This document shows positions 1-15,280 of a stretch of DNA of 64,000 bases, one piece after another. The translations under genes were made by a program, and so were the position numbers. Source of the stretch: Lepidodermella squamata (lineage: Eukaryota > Animalia > Gastrotricha); contig JBLDXI010000003.1 of NCBI GenBank assembly GCA_047495785.1, forward strand, positions 1,178,001-1,242,000. The letters run 5' to 3'. Numbering within the stretch: the stretch's first letter is position 1; each line of letters begins with the position of its first letter. A model generated the notes under the pieces. The model did no database searches, was not told the origin of the DNA, and was given only the letters and a program-made list of their open reading frames with translations.

Positions 1-682
1 CTCATCATTTTCTAGCAAGAATATTATATATATCGAAACCATTATGACATAGGAGCAAGATACGCGAAGTAGCACTTTTAGAAAGTACGCAATATTTATA
101 CAATAATAATAATAATAATTATGTGTAAATAACCGATTTTTCAAGACACTTGTTCAGATCCACGTTAGAAAGGCGATAAATGAGAAGAGAAATTAGCGAA
201 AAGAAATGTAAACTGGTCACTACTGATCGAACAACATTGTTACTGATTTTCAGATCATTTTTGAATTCAGAAATGTTTAGCATCACAATTAATCAACCAC
301 AAATGAATATATTTTTCCTAATATGGATTGTAAAAATGGTGTTGTTTGACTACTGATTTTTTAGCATCTCACGATATTTTTACGAGGTTTTGATCGATAT
401 CAAAACAGGAAGAAAGAATTGGTTAACTTATCAACGAAAGAAATTTCTAGAGATGAAACAACTATGGGCTTCAACAACTCATGATCAAGACATTAAATTT
501 TATACTCGAAGAGAACGAAAGATTTGCGAGAATTTTTGTTCAATTTTTTCGAAAAATCGACTTTTTGTAGCTTTATCTCTTATAGTAGCTGAGGCATATC
601 TCCTAATTCAAAAGCGTTAAGGCAAATGTAGCATCAATATTATGACGTAGTTGCAAAAATTATGAAGCGCGTTAAATATGTA

Positions 683-3600
683 TCACTTCTGAGGCGTGGC
701 TTCCGGCGACGGGCTCAGCTCGCCCGAGTCTTCGTCCTCACTCTCCTCGTCGTCACTTTTACTCGGCGACTGCTCGGTATCAGCCTCGTGCAGGGCCTCA
801 GTCAACCCGCGGTAATTGCCGTGATTATCATAACCCTCACCACCGTTAGGTACTGAAAGCGATTTCATCGACATACGACCGAATAGCTTGACCTTCGGAC
901 TGGCTTGCACCACCTCGAGCTCAGATTTTGGCAGGTCGATAACAGCCGCCAACGGGTTGTAGCCCGCGTTATGGTCGACCGTAGCCTCGTGGGGCAGCAA
1001 GACCGGCGGGGCTTTGAAGAAGTAAGAGTACGGGTAGTGGAGCAGGTTCAACGATGAAACAGCGTACAAATCAGCGTAGCGTTGCACCTGATTCGCAAAG
1101 AACGTCTGCCGCCCGCCGCTACGAAACACCGAGCCTATCGGCCCGCCATATGCCATGTCCATCTCGCGGGACACGTGGCGACTAGCTTTTTTGATGAGCG
1201 CGATTTCGGCGTGCTGCGGCGTGTCGAGGGACGACGCGCTTGAATCGAGGTACTTGTAAGCGTCGGCTAGCAAAATGTCGAGCTGGCCCAGCCTTAAGAA
1301 AAAAAATACGGATTAATAGAATGCAAACGAAAAATTCAAAAAATTACAGACGAGATCCTAATATTTTTGAAAAATGCCAAAATTAAGGCTTCAAACAAAA
1401 TGAAGCGGTATGATTTTTCCAACGAAAGGATATTGGCATGCAAAATTGTCGAAAATGCCTAAAAGCTTTCATCGGATTTAATTGACAAAAAAAAATAAAA
1501 AATATACCGTATTGGTGCGTTGCTGTACCAAGTACGAATCATTTTCATTTCAAAATAAGAGACTAGAATTTTTATTCGAGATTAATTCCTCCACAAAAAT
1601 GAGCGTCTCGAATCAGCAGTTTCAGACATCAAGTTATTCAGAAATTTGCAGGTAAATTTAGAACTTAGCCGGTAAGCAGGAAAACCATTGATAAGACCGT
1701 TAGGAAAAATCGACGAAAACGCTGATTAATCCCGCTTACTCCAGCATTCAAAATTTCAGAAAAAACAAACAAACACTTTTTTCATTTTTCGACTAAATGA
1801 AATGATACATTCGGCCAATATTTTTATTGAAATTTCATTCTATTTTGGCAATTATGAGTCGACATTTTTTCATTTTATACTGAATAAATCCAATAATTCA
1901 TAATAAATATTCTCAAGTTTAAAAATTGTCAATATTGCCAAAATTCTTCGTTGAAAATAAATAATCGAGGCATACCTTTTGAATAACTCCCGTTTAGAAG
2001 TCCAGACCAATAGCTCCTGATGCAACTCAGGGACAACCAAGTACGTTCTCCACCCTCGCTTCTTCTTCGACTTCAAAATATCACCAAAAATGTGATCACC
2101 AACATAGAGAACATCGCGACCTTTCGCCCCGATCAAATCCGAAAAGGTATCGCAAGACCCGCCCGAATAAATCTGGCCCTCCCTCAGCGGCCCGGTGTGG
2201 CGACCGATAGCCAGCGATCCTGTAGTCATATCAACCTGCCTCAATAGCGTGCCTTCTTCGAAAAACACCGGTTTTCCAGCATCGACAACAATCACATCGA
2301 AATAATTCGTCCACTTCACGTCAGGCTTATCCGGCTCCTCGAGTAAGTACTTCATCACAGCATTTGTATAGGCATAGCCTGAATTGGTCAGAATGAACAC
2401 TTTCGCGTGTAAACGCAATCGCTGTAACATCATCGGCAGTCGTTGGTCTTTCGTCAAATACTTATTGATATCTTTCAACGTTTCAGATTGAAGTAGGCCT
2501 GATCCATGCACAAAATCAACAGCCTGCCTTACGTCGTTGTAGACTGACTTGTAAGAAATGAAAAGGTCGCCGTTCTTGACACCTGTTGATTCAATTTCGA
2601 AATTGCCGCACATGCTGAAGTAGTCGACAACGCATGCGAGTAAATACACGGTCGAGTAGTCGAACAGCGTGTTCAGAATGTAAATACGCCCCGGTTCATT
2701 CAGTACGAACTTGTTCGGGTACAATTCAAGGATTTTCGAATTGCGCATCGGTTTCAGGCCGTGGAAACCAATCAGGATCGAGCCAAATTGATCGACTTTC
2801 AGCAAATTACCTGAAAAAGAAATCGGTTTTAATTTACTGTAAAATTGATAATTATTTTATTAGGGTCTAACCAACTAATATAATCCAATTAACAGCGCAA
2901 CATAAAATTTGGTGAAAATTCTTAAGTTTCGCGCAGAATTACCCATTTCAAATCGCTTTTTTAAGCATTTTCTAAACCTCAATCCGGAAAAAATTTGCCC
3001 AATACTTTTTCGTTCAGTTCTTTCCCCACCGCATGAATGATCTAACAAAAAACGGTTTTAAAAATAGACCCTGAATATTAAAATCGCGCAATACCCCCAC
3101 TTTCATTCCGAGAAATCGGAAAAATTGACACCCACGGAATTTTTCTATACTTTCAAGTGAATTAGCTACATCTCACGAGATCTCTGTATTATCATGTTGA
3201 ATGATAATATATTACAAAAACACTATTTCAAGGCTCTATCCCGTAATTTATCTGCTTCTCTAGCAGTAATTCCCGTGCGAAATTGATTGACCTAATTTTT
3301 GCTTTAGTTTTTTTTTACAACGGCTGTAGAATAATTGGACTTAGCTTCAAAAATGTTTTCTAGTCACGAAACGGCAAAGGGTCCCTAAAAATGTCAGAAA
3401 AGCTTTCACCTGCAATTTTTTTTAAATTGATCACAAAAAATTGAGCCAAAACTATGAAAATGATATAATAAGCAGCAAAGTTTATGACAATAGCACTCAA
3501 TCAAATTGGCCAACTACTATACTAAAGATTGAGCATAAATAATCCAATACTTTAGCCCATCTTTAAAAAAATGAGCAAAACCAAAGCTTGTATTTATAAT

Positions 3601-4282
3601 TGTCAAGTCAACTGAATTTCAAGTACGGCATAATAGAAACTAGGTATAAATGTACCACTATTATGCGGCTTAAGCTCTTCCCTATCAAAGGCTTTGTAAC
3701 TTCAAAAATTCATTGATAGCCTAAATTTACCTTAAAAATATTCAAACGATCATATTTGTAAAATTTACCGTATAATTTGTCGAACCAAAGGCCTCGAATA
3801 GCGAATGAAGGATCGTAGCGATAATTCTCACGAATAGCCGCCGGGTAGCCCATTGCATCAATGAGCCGTTGGATACTCAAATTGAACTGCAGCGCCTCGT
3901 ATTCAGGCGAAATATACTCCGCCAGCGTGTAATCCATATCAAATCCGAAAAATTTGATTTTATCGAGTTGCAAGGCACGATTTACGAAAATTCGATGCGG
4001 AGTTTCGCGGCGAAACGGCGTTTTCAGCTGCCGAATCGCCACGATATCTGCCAAATTGTGAAGAAGCCATGAAACATCCGAGCCTTCGGACGACTCGTCC
4101 ACTAGGCCCTTCGCAATAGCGGATCGCAGCATGGAAGAAGTTTTGTTAATGCTGCTATTAAGTGGCGTTCTGAATTGCTGGCTCGTCGTATCCTCTGCAA
4201 TTTGAACGCTGCGTGTTGTAGTGGTAGTAGTAGCGTTAGAATTATTCGCATTCGGAATGCCCGTGAGAGCCGCTTCACTCAT
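683..4282 (-). CDS. NT5C2: Cytosolic purine 5'-nucleotidase (cN-II, HAD family), paralogue a; exons 4282-3769, 2810-1976, 1292-683 (~652 aa)
   Basis: HAD motifs [23 protein letters not shown] and YVGDHIFGDILKSKKKRGWRT; RYADLY motif; acidic C-terminal tail. GT-AG introns 3768-2811 and 1975-1293 join the ORFs in frame. Confidence 0.93.
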
Positions 4283-5464
4283 TATTATATTACAGATATT
4301 AGCAAATGGTACTATTGAGAAAAAAACGCATTAAACCCTAGATCAATGAAGCGGCTATGTGATATAAAAAACACCGGAAGTTTCTGCGTGTTTACTCTTC
4401 AAAAAATACAATATTTTTCTATCAAGGTGGATCGCGTAAAATATTGTTTATTCAATTTTTTAGCGTTGATAACATCTTGACGGATATTATCGAAAAACAC
4501 TGGAATCTGTATACATAATGACTGTTGTTATCTTCCAGTTTCCCTAACCGAATATAATAGACGGGGTAGAAAGAGAGAAAAAAAACCGCTATATTAACGA
4601 GTTCTTAGCCGCACGTATTGTATTACTGGTGGCTGCAATAAAAAAACTAGGCGCTTTAATAAAGAGCAATAAACAGGGGCGGGAGAACTACAAAAAACCG
4701 AGACGATAAGAGGCCACTTCTTCCCATATCGACTTGTTTGACAGGGTAGAAAAATACCGAGTACATTAGACGTAATCGATCCAGTAATATTATATAACAA
4801 ATCTAAAAATACAAAAAAAATCAATAATTAAATTTTAAGAAATCATCATTTATTTTTCGTAGAATCGAATCCAATTAGTAATAACAGGCCAAAAATATGC
4901 CACCTGAATATAACGCGAAAGCGCGAGTTATTTTCATTTTTTCAAGGTGGTTTAAAATTTAGATAAACATCGAAATTGTGCAGTCAATTAGCGGAGTTAT
5001 ATTAGAATATAATATTTTACGCTATTTAAACGAACCGGCTTGGACGGGGCAACAATAATAATAAATTCTTCATCAAAATAGTGTTAGTTTAATTTCTATA
5101 CCACCAGGTTGTGTTTGAAGACGTTGTTTTATCATAACAATATGCGAAGAGCAATGACAACAATTTAAAACGCTACGGCTATTATGACCATCATAATTTC
5201 TTGCATCGTGTAGTTTGTAGTAATAACAGGTGAAGTATTCAAGAATTTGGAAGCATGTATGGCTGTTTTTTCTCACATTTTTCAACAACAACAAGGCGAG
5301 CAATCAAGGCGTAATACTCGGGAGGTAATAGTCGCCGACTGAAAAAATCGACCGGAATGGCGTCGTCCGCAATTAATCATTCTTTAATAATATTATAGAC
5401 ACAACTCAAAAAATATTATTAGGATAAGCAGGTTTCAAGGTGAATAAACTATCGCGTTATTCTC

Positions 5465-7377
<1,913 letters not shown>

Positions 7378-9214
7378 CTATGACACACACACAAAATGAA
7401 ATACAAAATTTAATGATGCAGGATTGCGCGCAAGGTAAATTAGAAAACCTTTGTAAAAGCAGAATGATTCGTCCTGGGAAACAGACTGCAAAGCTTTTTT
7501 CGACTAATTTGAATTAAACGAAACGAGCGCGAGAAGGCTGCCGTTGTAAGAATGAATGGATTCTTTCAGACAATTTCCTGTTTACTCTAGATACTGGCAC
7601 CAGAAAAACGACGGTTAACAAAGTCATGTTGAATTCGACTCAGGACTTGAATGAAAAGGTTGAAATGATCAATCATTCATTACTTAGTGGGGAAAGGGAT
7701 TTACAACATAAAACATAAAACGTTAGGCTGACAGGGTTGCAAGCATACAGTGGCGGAGAGAAGGGGTAGCACGGGGCTTGCGGCATGCACGCTCAAAATT
7801 CGAAAAACACAGTTCGTGAGTAGTGAACCTATGCTCTCGGCAGAATGCTTAAACAAACTGTCCTCGAGATAAGTATCAATAATCAATAACATAGCTTTAA
7901 TAGAATTTTATCAACTGATTCACGTACAAAACAAAAGAATGTGTATAGGGCTGTTGAACATATAATTGTGACCCCTAGACTCGGACTATTTTGGGGCCCC
8001 GTCCTACCCTGGTTTTTCCAAGTTATCGCCACATCTAATGTAGTAGACTAATGGGTGGAAGCAGGAAGCTTTAGGCAAATAGCGAATAGAGGCCTTTAGA
8101 AACAGAAACCCAGTCGTCCCTTTCAGCATGCAGTGTGCAGTGCACAATGCACCGAACTTGTAACTAGCAGTTAACGGAGCTTTTGATGCCAAAACATTTA
8201 GTTCACCGCCGGCTTTTTTCATTTTTTGCGCTGAGAAAAGGTCAGAGACAACCTTTGTTCAAATCAAAGTTTTTTGCTTTTGACACATATAAAGTTTTAA
8301 AAGTTCCCAGTCAAATTAAATGAATAATTGAATCAATTTACCAATGTCTTGCTAAATAATTGTAAATAAATCGCAGATAAGTGGGGTGGCAATGAAATCG
8401 CGACGCCGGGAAACGGGAAGCTGACGATGAGTCTGTTTTGCACAAGAGTTTTTTTCGTTGTCTGACGACTGTCGGCTGCGATCCGCGACCTGCGACCTGC
8501 GACCGACTCTCCACAACTACAACGACAACTGAGCGGCGCATTTCTAGCCGCTAGACGCTCCAATGAGTTATTTTTTCTTCGTAGAGGCCCTCCAAATACC
8601 CAAACAGCTAGCTAAGTTTCCGTGCTTATCTCGTGACGAGCAGGTCATTTTTTTATTTCATATGCTGCATATTGCGTATTATCGCTCCTCTTTTGTGTTT
8701 CCTTTTTCTGTACGTCTTTGCTTTCCTTGTTTGGAAATGTTTGGAAATCTTGATCGAAATCTTGAATAGCCTTCTTGATAGCCATCACGCAACATTGGCG
8801 CGCTTTTGTCAGCAGTCAGTTGCTGTAACTGCGAACAGAAAACAATGTCAGTTTAGCGAACTGCGTTGACGTTATGTTGTGTGTCTTGCAGCAGTACTCA
8901 TCGATCATCGATTATTAATTACAGTTCGTATGAAAAAGCGCTATTTTAGCGATGTGATGCAGCAAGTCTCTTAATGATTCTTGAGTTGAATATGCCTGAC
9001 CGATTATGTGTAGCTTTTGACCATCCCAATAGCCGATAGTCCGCCATCATGTATTTTTGGTACAAAATATAAAATTTCCCGCATTAAACTAAGTACTAGT
9101 AATCAAAAAGTGGACGCTGTTGGAGTACAGATTACTTATTTCACGTATTCGTTCGGTCAATACTAAATACTTATTCATCTCACATATTTAAGTCTAAATA
9201 TCCGTCCTAGATCA

Positions 9215-10534
9215 ATGGAAGGCATGTTGCGTTTTTGTGTTGTTTTTTCTTTCGCCTTCAACGCTGCTCTGTGTGTTTCGTATTGCCAGCGAGACTTGAC
9301 AACATTGGAGCAAGTTATCGTTGTTTTTCGCCATGGGGATCGCAATCCTTCGAGCACATTTCCTACCGATATTTGGCAAGAAGATAAATGGCCTTTAGGG
9401 TTTGGTGAACTAATACCAAGGGGAGTCCGCCGCCATTATGAATACGGTCAGTGGATGCGCCAGTGTTTTGGCAACTTTTTTGGAGATTCTCTTACAACCA
9501 ATAATGTATACGTAAGAAGCACCGACAGTGATCGTGCGTTGATGAGCGCACAGGCTCATCTTGCTGGTATTTACCCCCCTAAAGGCAGTCAAAAGTGGGG
9601 ACAGCCAAATATCACTCTTGGTTCTTTGTGGCAGCCGTTCCCTGTTCACACCGTGAGCGTTTACGAAGATAATTTACTAGTAGCTAACCTAAACTGTGCG
9701 CGATACAACGAGGGTGTTGAAGATGCCTACAACCCTAGCCTCAACAAACTTGTGAAAAGCATCGAGGATGAAGATGCTGCGATTTTGAATTTTTTGGCAA
9801 CTAATGGCGGTATAAATTCATCGAGCTTGTTAGTTGTCACAGAGACCATGCCGGACCCTGTCATTGTGGAATTGGAACAGAACAAAACTCTCGTACCTTG
9901 GCTTGAAAATAACAAAACGTTGACTGACAAGTTGGTCGGCTACTTCGATGTGTGGTTTCAGCTTACTTGCGCCCCTGAACCTTTGGCTAAATTAGTCAGT
10001 GGGCCTTTGCTGCAAACTATTGTTGAAAATATGGTCAATCGGTCAATTGCAGGTACGGCGCATGCGCCGCCTTCATTCAAACATATAATTTATTCCGCTC
10101 ACGATACAAACGTTGCGGCTCTGGTCGGTTTGCTTGGCGAATTCAACAACATTGCCCCGCCTTACGCTGCGAGTGTTATATTTGAACTGCACAAGATCGA
10201 CGAGAAAAATCATGGCGTGCTTGTTTTCTACCGAAATTCATCTGACTCTGATCCATTTCCAGTTCTTGTAGCTAATTGCACTGGTTTCATGGATAGCGGC
10301 TGCACTCTGACTAATTTTATTCAAGCCGTTTCTAGTAAAGTAACACACTCCCATGCTACCGATTGCCTCTCTGGTCGCACGAAGCCTGCGGCTCCTCTCG
10401 ACTTGCAAACCATTCTTATCGTTGTTGGTGTGACTGCGGCTCTTATGGCCTCAACGATAGCAATTTCTTGCTTGCTGAAGTATTTGAGGAGGCGACCTGT
10501 TGATGATGAGCAGATCGAACCTATTGTTAATTGA
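9215..10534 (+). CDS. Histidine acid phosphatase, lysosomal/prostatic ACP2/ACP3-like type I membrane protein, single exon, 439 aa
   Basis: Signal peptide, catalytic RHGDR, RSTDSDRALMSA, YSAHD, PPYAA, C-terminal hydrophobic helix (ILIVVGVTAALMASTIAISCLL) and short basic/acidic tail. Confidence 0.9.
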   Translation: MEGMLRFCVVFSFAFNAALCVSYCQRDLTTLEQVIVVFRHGDRNPSSTFPTDIWQEDKWPLGFGELIPRGVRRHYEYGQWMRQCFGNFFGDSLTTNNVYVRSTDSDRALMSAQAHLAGIYPPKGSQKWGQPNITLGSLWQPFPVHTVSVYEDNLLVANLNCARYNEGVEDAYNPSLNKLVKSIEDEDAAILNFLATNGGINSSSLLVVTETMPDPVIVELEQNKTLVPWLENNKTLTDKLVGYFDVWFQLTCAPEPLAKLVSGPLLQTIVENMVNRSIAGTAHAPPSFKHIIYSAHDTNVAALVGLLGEFNNIAPPYAASVIFELHKIDEKNHGVLVFYRNSSDSDPFPVLVANCTGFMDSGCTLTNFIQAVSSKVTHSHATDCLSGRTKPAAPLDLQTILIVVGVTAALMASTIAISCLLKYLRRRPVDDEQIEPIVN

Positions 10535-10975
10535 TTTCATTTGTTTAAGCTCTCTCTAGTCTTTGTAATTCTTATTTATTTTTTGTCTCAAATCTTTCAG
10601 GCTTTGCAGAAACAATGACATATGATTTAATGAAGTTGTATTACGAGATTTAATTTATTTTCAGCTGATAAAAAGTGGTGCTGTCGAATCTCTCCTCGCG
10701 GAGAATTATGATATAAATGATGCAATGTATTTTCTTACGAATTTGATGCTTGCAATGATTTTTGTTATAATTTATATAGTAAATACCTAACATTGTGCCT
10801 CAAAAATAATAGAATTGGCTGGGATTGATCATACACCCTTTAAATCTACGCCTGCCCTTCGTCATTTCTTTATGCCTTATTTCCCCGAATTAGGTACCAC
10901 TTATCAGTGAGTTGTTTTGGGCCGATCACAAAAATTGCTTCCGTTCAAGCGCGACTGAACCTGATTCTGACTCGC

Positions 10976-11824
10976 ATGATGGGTGAACGTCTGGGTCTCG
11001 CACTTGCCTTGGAAAGACGGCCGACTGTCTTGCCTACTCCTCAGCATTTGCTCGGCGGAATGGCGCCCAGCAATCTGAGTCAGATGGACGCGATAGGCGG
11101 AGGCGTTTCCCTACCCCAATGGACGGACGAACTCCCGAAATACGCTCTCGATCGCCATCATCTCAACCGAATCGTGCTGAGCTATCTAATTTCCGAGGGC
11201 CACAAAGAAGCTGCGGAGCGTTTTATCCAAGAGACAGGCTTGATACCACCGATTTCGCTAGAAATTCTCGCTGACTGCGTGTCATTGCGGCAGTTGATTG
11301 TCGATGGCAAAATCTTGGACGCCATAGTTTTGCTCAATGATCTCAATCCGATGTTGCTCGAGGAAAATCGGTACCTTTTGTTCAAACTGCAACAGCAATA
11401 CGTCATCGAGTTGATTCGCGAAAAGCGACTCGACGAAGCGCTAGTCTACGCTCAGAATTTCCTGTCCGAGCGGGTCAACGAAGAAGCTCACATTCTACCC
11501 GAGCTCGAGAAAACGCTCACCCTTCTAGCTTTTGACGACCCCTGCATGTCGCCTTTTGCCGATCTAATGACAGTCGAACATCGCCAGGAAGTTGCGAGCG
11601 AGGCTGTTCAGGCCTTGCTATCAGCCCGAGGCTGGAGCTCGGCAATCGATTCGGGGGAGCCCACTATTGAAGGCATTCTCCGGCTGGCGTCGTGGTGCCA
11701 AGACGATTTGGCACGCTCTGGTCTTCGGACCCCGGTCATTTCCGAGGTCGAATCAGGAAAGCTTTCTATCACCGGCACGGAGCCGCTAAGTTTCGGCTCA
11801 ACTAGCCAGATTCAACACCAGTAA
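10976..11824 (+). CDS. GID8: GID8/TWA1-like subunit of the CTLH/GID E3 ligase (LisH-CTLH-CRA); start Met uncertain (10976, 10979 or 11060)
   Basis: LisH LNRIVLSYLISEGHKEAAERF; CTLH GKILDAIVLLNDLNPMLLEENRYLLFKLQQQYVIELIR; CRA ELEKTLTLLAFDDP..SPFADL..RQEVASE. Confidence 0.88.
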   Translation: MMGERLGLALALERRPTVLPTPQHLLGGMAPSNLSQMDAIGGGVSLPQWTDELPKYALDRHHLNRIVLSYLISEGHKEAAERFIQETGLIPPISLEILADCVSLRQLIVDGKILDAIVLLNDLNPMLLEENRYLLFKLQQQYVIELIREKRLDEALVYAQNFLSERVNEEAHILPELEKTLTLLAFDDPCMSPFADLMTVEHRQEVASEAVQALLSARGWSSAIDSGEPTIEGILRLASWCQDDLARSGLRTPVISEVESGKLSITGTEPLSFGSTSQIQHQ

Positions 11825-11927
11825 CAATTTTAAAATTTTGTTTGCATGCTATTGCCGTAAAGTGTAAATAAAATTACTGAATCTTTTATTTCGATTTTTA
11901 TAGATTTTTTAACGCGATTTAATTGAA

Positions 11928-14066
11928 ATGGTCCTCGAAAGCACTGTTGTCTGCGTCGATGGCAGCGACTACATGCGAAACGGCGATTTCGTGCCAACCC
12001 GCCTGCAGGCTCAACAAGACGCTATCAGCCTGGTTTGCCACGCGAAACTGCGCGCGAACCCGGAGAACAACGTCGCCCTTGTGGTTTGCCGCGATCGCGT
12101 TGAAGTTCTGTGCACGCTGACGACGGACATTGGTAAAATCCTGAGCAAGGCGCATCAAATCCAACCGAGTGGAAATTTCAACTTCACCACCGGAATTTGC
12201 GTCGCTCATCTTGCTTTGAAGCATCGAATTGGCAAGAATCACCGCATGCGTGTTGTCACCTTTGTCGGCTCGCCGATCAACGAGGACGAGAAGGATTTGG
12301 TGAAGCTGGCGAAGCGTCTCAAGAAGGAGAAGGTCAACGTGTCTGTGATCAATTTCGGCTCTGAGGGTGAGAATGAGGCGAAATTGACGGCGTTTGTCGA
12401 CGCGTTGAACGGCAAGGACGGCCAGCAGAGCCATATTGTCAACGTGCCGACTGGACCGATGTTGACTGAACCGCTGATGCAGAGCGCGATTATTCTCGGC
12501 GAGGACGGCGCTGCTCCGCCGGGGTTTTCGGCCGGTGGCGGGTTCGAGTTTGGCCTTGATCCGAACGAAGATCCTGAGCTGGTTATGGCCCTGCGTATCT
12601 CGCTGGAGGAACAGCGTCAACGACAGGAGCAGAGGCAGGGTGGCCAGGAGAGCGGGGCGACCGCAGCCCCCGAGGCCAGTGCTAGTTCGGCGGCTATGTC
12701 CGACGAAGATGCCATGTTGCAACGAGCTTTGGCTATGAGTGTTGAACCAGCTGGTGGCGCAGGTAAGCAAATTATAGATTAAAAATGCTCGAGAATTTTT
12801 GAAATCGAGAATAGGCCATAGATTTTGGAAAACTTGACCTTTCAAACTTGTAATTGGGACCATTAAAATATCAACACCTGACCCTTAACGAACCTTAGAT
12901 CAAAATTCTCACCAGGCTGCGATCCCTAGAATTTTTTCCATTATTTTTTAATCATTTTTCAGTCTGGGAAAAGATTCTCAAATTATGCGTCCGAGCTATA
13001 AAATATCCCTAAATTAACATCCATTTTTCTTCAACTTTTTCATGAACTGGGCTCTCAACCGCATTTTCAGCCAGTTTTCAGTCGAATAAAGTGGGCTTTG
13101 AGCGAAGTGAGCCTCAGCTAACGCTATTTTTAAAGAATTTCTCTGGAAACGTGACTTCAAATAAATCAAGTCTTTGTAAATTTCAAGTTCTTTGAAAATC
13201 ATCAGGCGACTCCCCGTTTGAGAAGCTCTGTTTTAATTACTGAATTACATTTATTTTTGTTCAATGCAAAATTTTCAAAACCGTTTTTCGAGTTCGAAAA
13301 ATGTCAACGCAATTTACCCGTTTTTTTCCTCAAAATTGAACCATTTCCCATCCATTTTCCGCGATTTCACTGAAAATTTGTAAACATGCCGCGCAAAGCT
13401 CGGAAAAAGCCGAAATTTACTGTTTCGTTAATTGTCGGTATTTCACCTGGCTGGACTGAATTTTTCAGGATTTTTCTGGTCAATTTTCATAGCAAATTCA
13501 GATATAATTGTTTCCTGACCATTAAACAAGAGATTTTCTACCATTTCAGTTTTTCTGGTTTTTTTCGATAAGCACTTTTGCAAAACTAATATCGTCCAAT
13601 TTTCAGGATTTTCTCTAATTTTCCGAATTAAAGAATCAACCAGAAACAAATCAGCGAATTTTGCGAAGTTGATTAACTAATTTCGATTTTTCTCTTGATT
13701 CTAGGTGCGAGCCAACCAGCTACGTCACAGTCTGCCCCGGCCGCCGCCATGCGCGCAGCTGTACCTGACCTGGCGGCCATGACCGAGGAGGAACAGCTGC
13801 AATACGCCCTTCAAATGTCGATGCAAGGCGAGGCCGGCGGTGCGTCGATGGACGTCGATTCGCAGTCTGCCCCGGCCACTCAGGCCACTCAGGCGGCGCC
13901 GGACGCTGACATGCTGTCCGACCCGGCCTATCTCGAAGAAATCCTGCGATCGCTGCCGGGCGTCAACCCGGACTCGGACGTGATTCGCAACGCCGTCTCC
14001 TCGCTTCACCCGCCGCCGAAAAAGGAGGAAAGCGACGACCCGGAGGCTAAGAAGAAGCGCAAGTGA
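11928..14066 (+). CDS. PSMD4: 26S proteasome ubiquitin receptor Rpn10/S5a; exons 11928-12762, 13705-14066 (~398 aa)
   Basis: [29 protein letters not shown] (vWA); UIMs [27 protein letters not shown] and [12 protein letters not shown]; C-terminal LRSLPGVNP; phase-1 GT-AG intron 12763-13704. Confidence 0.96.
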
Positions 14067-14502
14067 ACACCGCAGCGCGCCCATTCGCTTTTATTCCACC
14101 TTAACCGCTATTCAAACTTTGTGTTAATTCAAGCGTTAAATGAAGAAAAAATGTATTCGGATAGCTTTGCCGTCTCTCTCGTTTACTTGCTCTCATGTTA
14201 CAAAGAAAATGTGATGATCACTTGGCTACATAGTAGCAGGGCAAATTAGTCGAAAAACTCGTCGAAAATGCAATTTATTCAATATTTATTGATTTCTTGG
14301 AATTAGGAAAATTTGGGTATATTATGTGGGAATTTATTGAGTATTTCTAGATGTTTTTGCAATTTCGGCATGTTTTTTGATGAAATGTCTCTTGAACGGT
14401 CGCATTGACGAATCACAGACTAATAATGTTAAATAAAAAGTTTGAAAAACTTGAAATTAATTTTTTCCGAATTTTCTTAGAATTTAATAAAATTTTGAAA
14501 AC

Positions 14503-14886
14503 ATGTCGACCTTTTTCGACGACTACATCTGGCCGATTATTCCGGGCTTTATAAAGAACATCCCCATCCATATGGACTATAAGGGCCAGGAATTAGCCGA
14601 GCAGATGTTCAAAGTCATCCTAGTCGTGTGTGGCGCTATTGGTTTTGTCGTTGGCTACGTAACCCAGCAGTTGTCCTACACCGTTTATTGCCTGTTATTC
14701 GGCCTCGCAATTTCAAGCCTGCTCTGCCTGCCGCCGTGGCCGATGTTCCGGCGCCACCCGTTGCCGTGGCACGCAGCTGTTCCAACCGAGTCGAGCGAGG
14801 GCACTCAGACGCCGAACAACACGCCAAATGACACGCCTACAGCTGCAGCCAGCGCTTCTGCAAAGCCGAGCAAAAAACGCGCATAA
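14503..14886 (+). CDS. SPCS1: Signal peptidase complex subunit 1 (SPC12), 127 aa
   Basis: HMDYKGQELAE, two hydrophobic helices and LPPWPMFRRHPLPW, the SPC12 family signature. Confidence 0.93.
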   Translation: MSTFFDDYIWPIIPGFIKNIPIHMDYKGQELAEQMFKVILVVCGAIGFVVGYVTQQLSYTVYCLLFGLAISSLLCLPPWPMFRRHPLPWHAAVPTESSEGTQTPNNTPNDTPTAAASASAKPSKKRA

Positions 14887-15280
14887 ATTTTATTCGATAT
14901 AAAAAAACTGCCAGTGAAAAATCTGAAAAAATCCAATCTGAATGAGAAAAAATTGAATTCCAGTCTGTGACGAGAAGAAGATGTGCTGATAAAAATCGGT
15001 TGTATTTGGCTTTATTGTATTGTAATAATATTATTGTAATGCGTTGTCATTTAAAATAATTGTGCTCACCAAAAACGGTCGAAAAATAATTGAAGAAATT
15101 TTTTGAAAATTAGCCTTGAAAGTATTAAATATTTTGAAAATTTTCTCAAATTTTTTTCGATTGTTTTTGCTGATATCTGGTGGTTAACGGTGCAATTAAA
15201 ATTAAAAGCTCGTTGTGAAGGTCTCATAAATTAATTGCGTGTTTTATTGGAAATAATAAGGTTTTAACAAAACGTGAGAA

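Noticed and set aside
3604-3688. Short matches (gttgacttg, ttgatagggaag) shared in reverse orientation with USP5 intron 2 near 19150-19170
   Set aside because: Matches of 9-12 nt are too short to call a dispersed repeat by eye.
8484-8506. gcgacct x3 mini-tandem in the divergent NT5C2b / acid phosphatase spacer
   Set aside because: Could be a promoter element but is indistinguishable from a chance microsatellite.
11919-12863. 314-aa antisense ORF over PSMD4
   Set aside because: Shadow ORF from the GC-rich codon bias of the conserved sense gene; no recognisable motifs.
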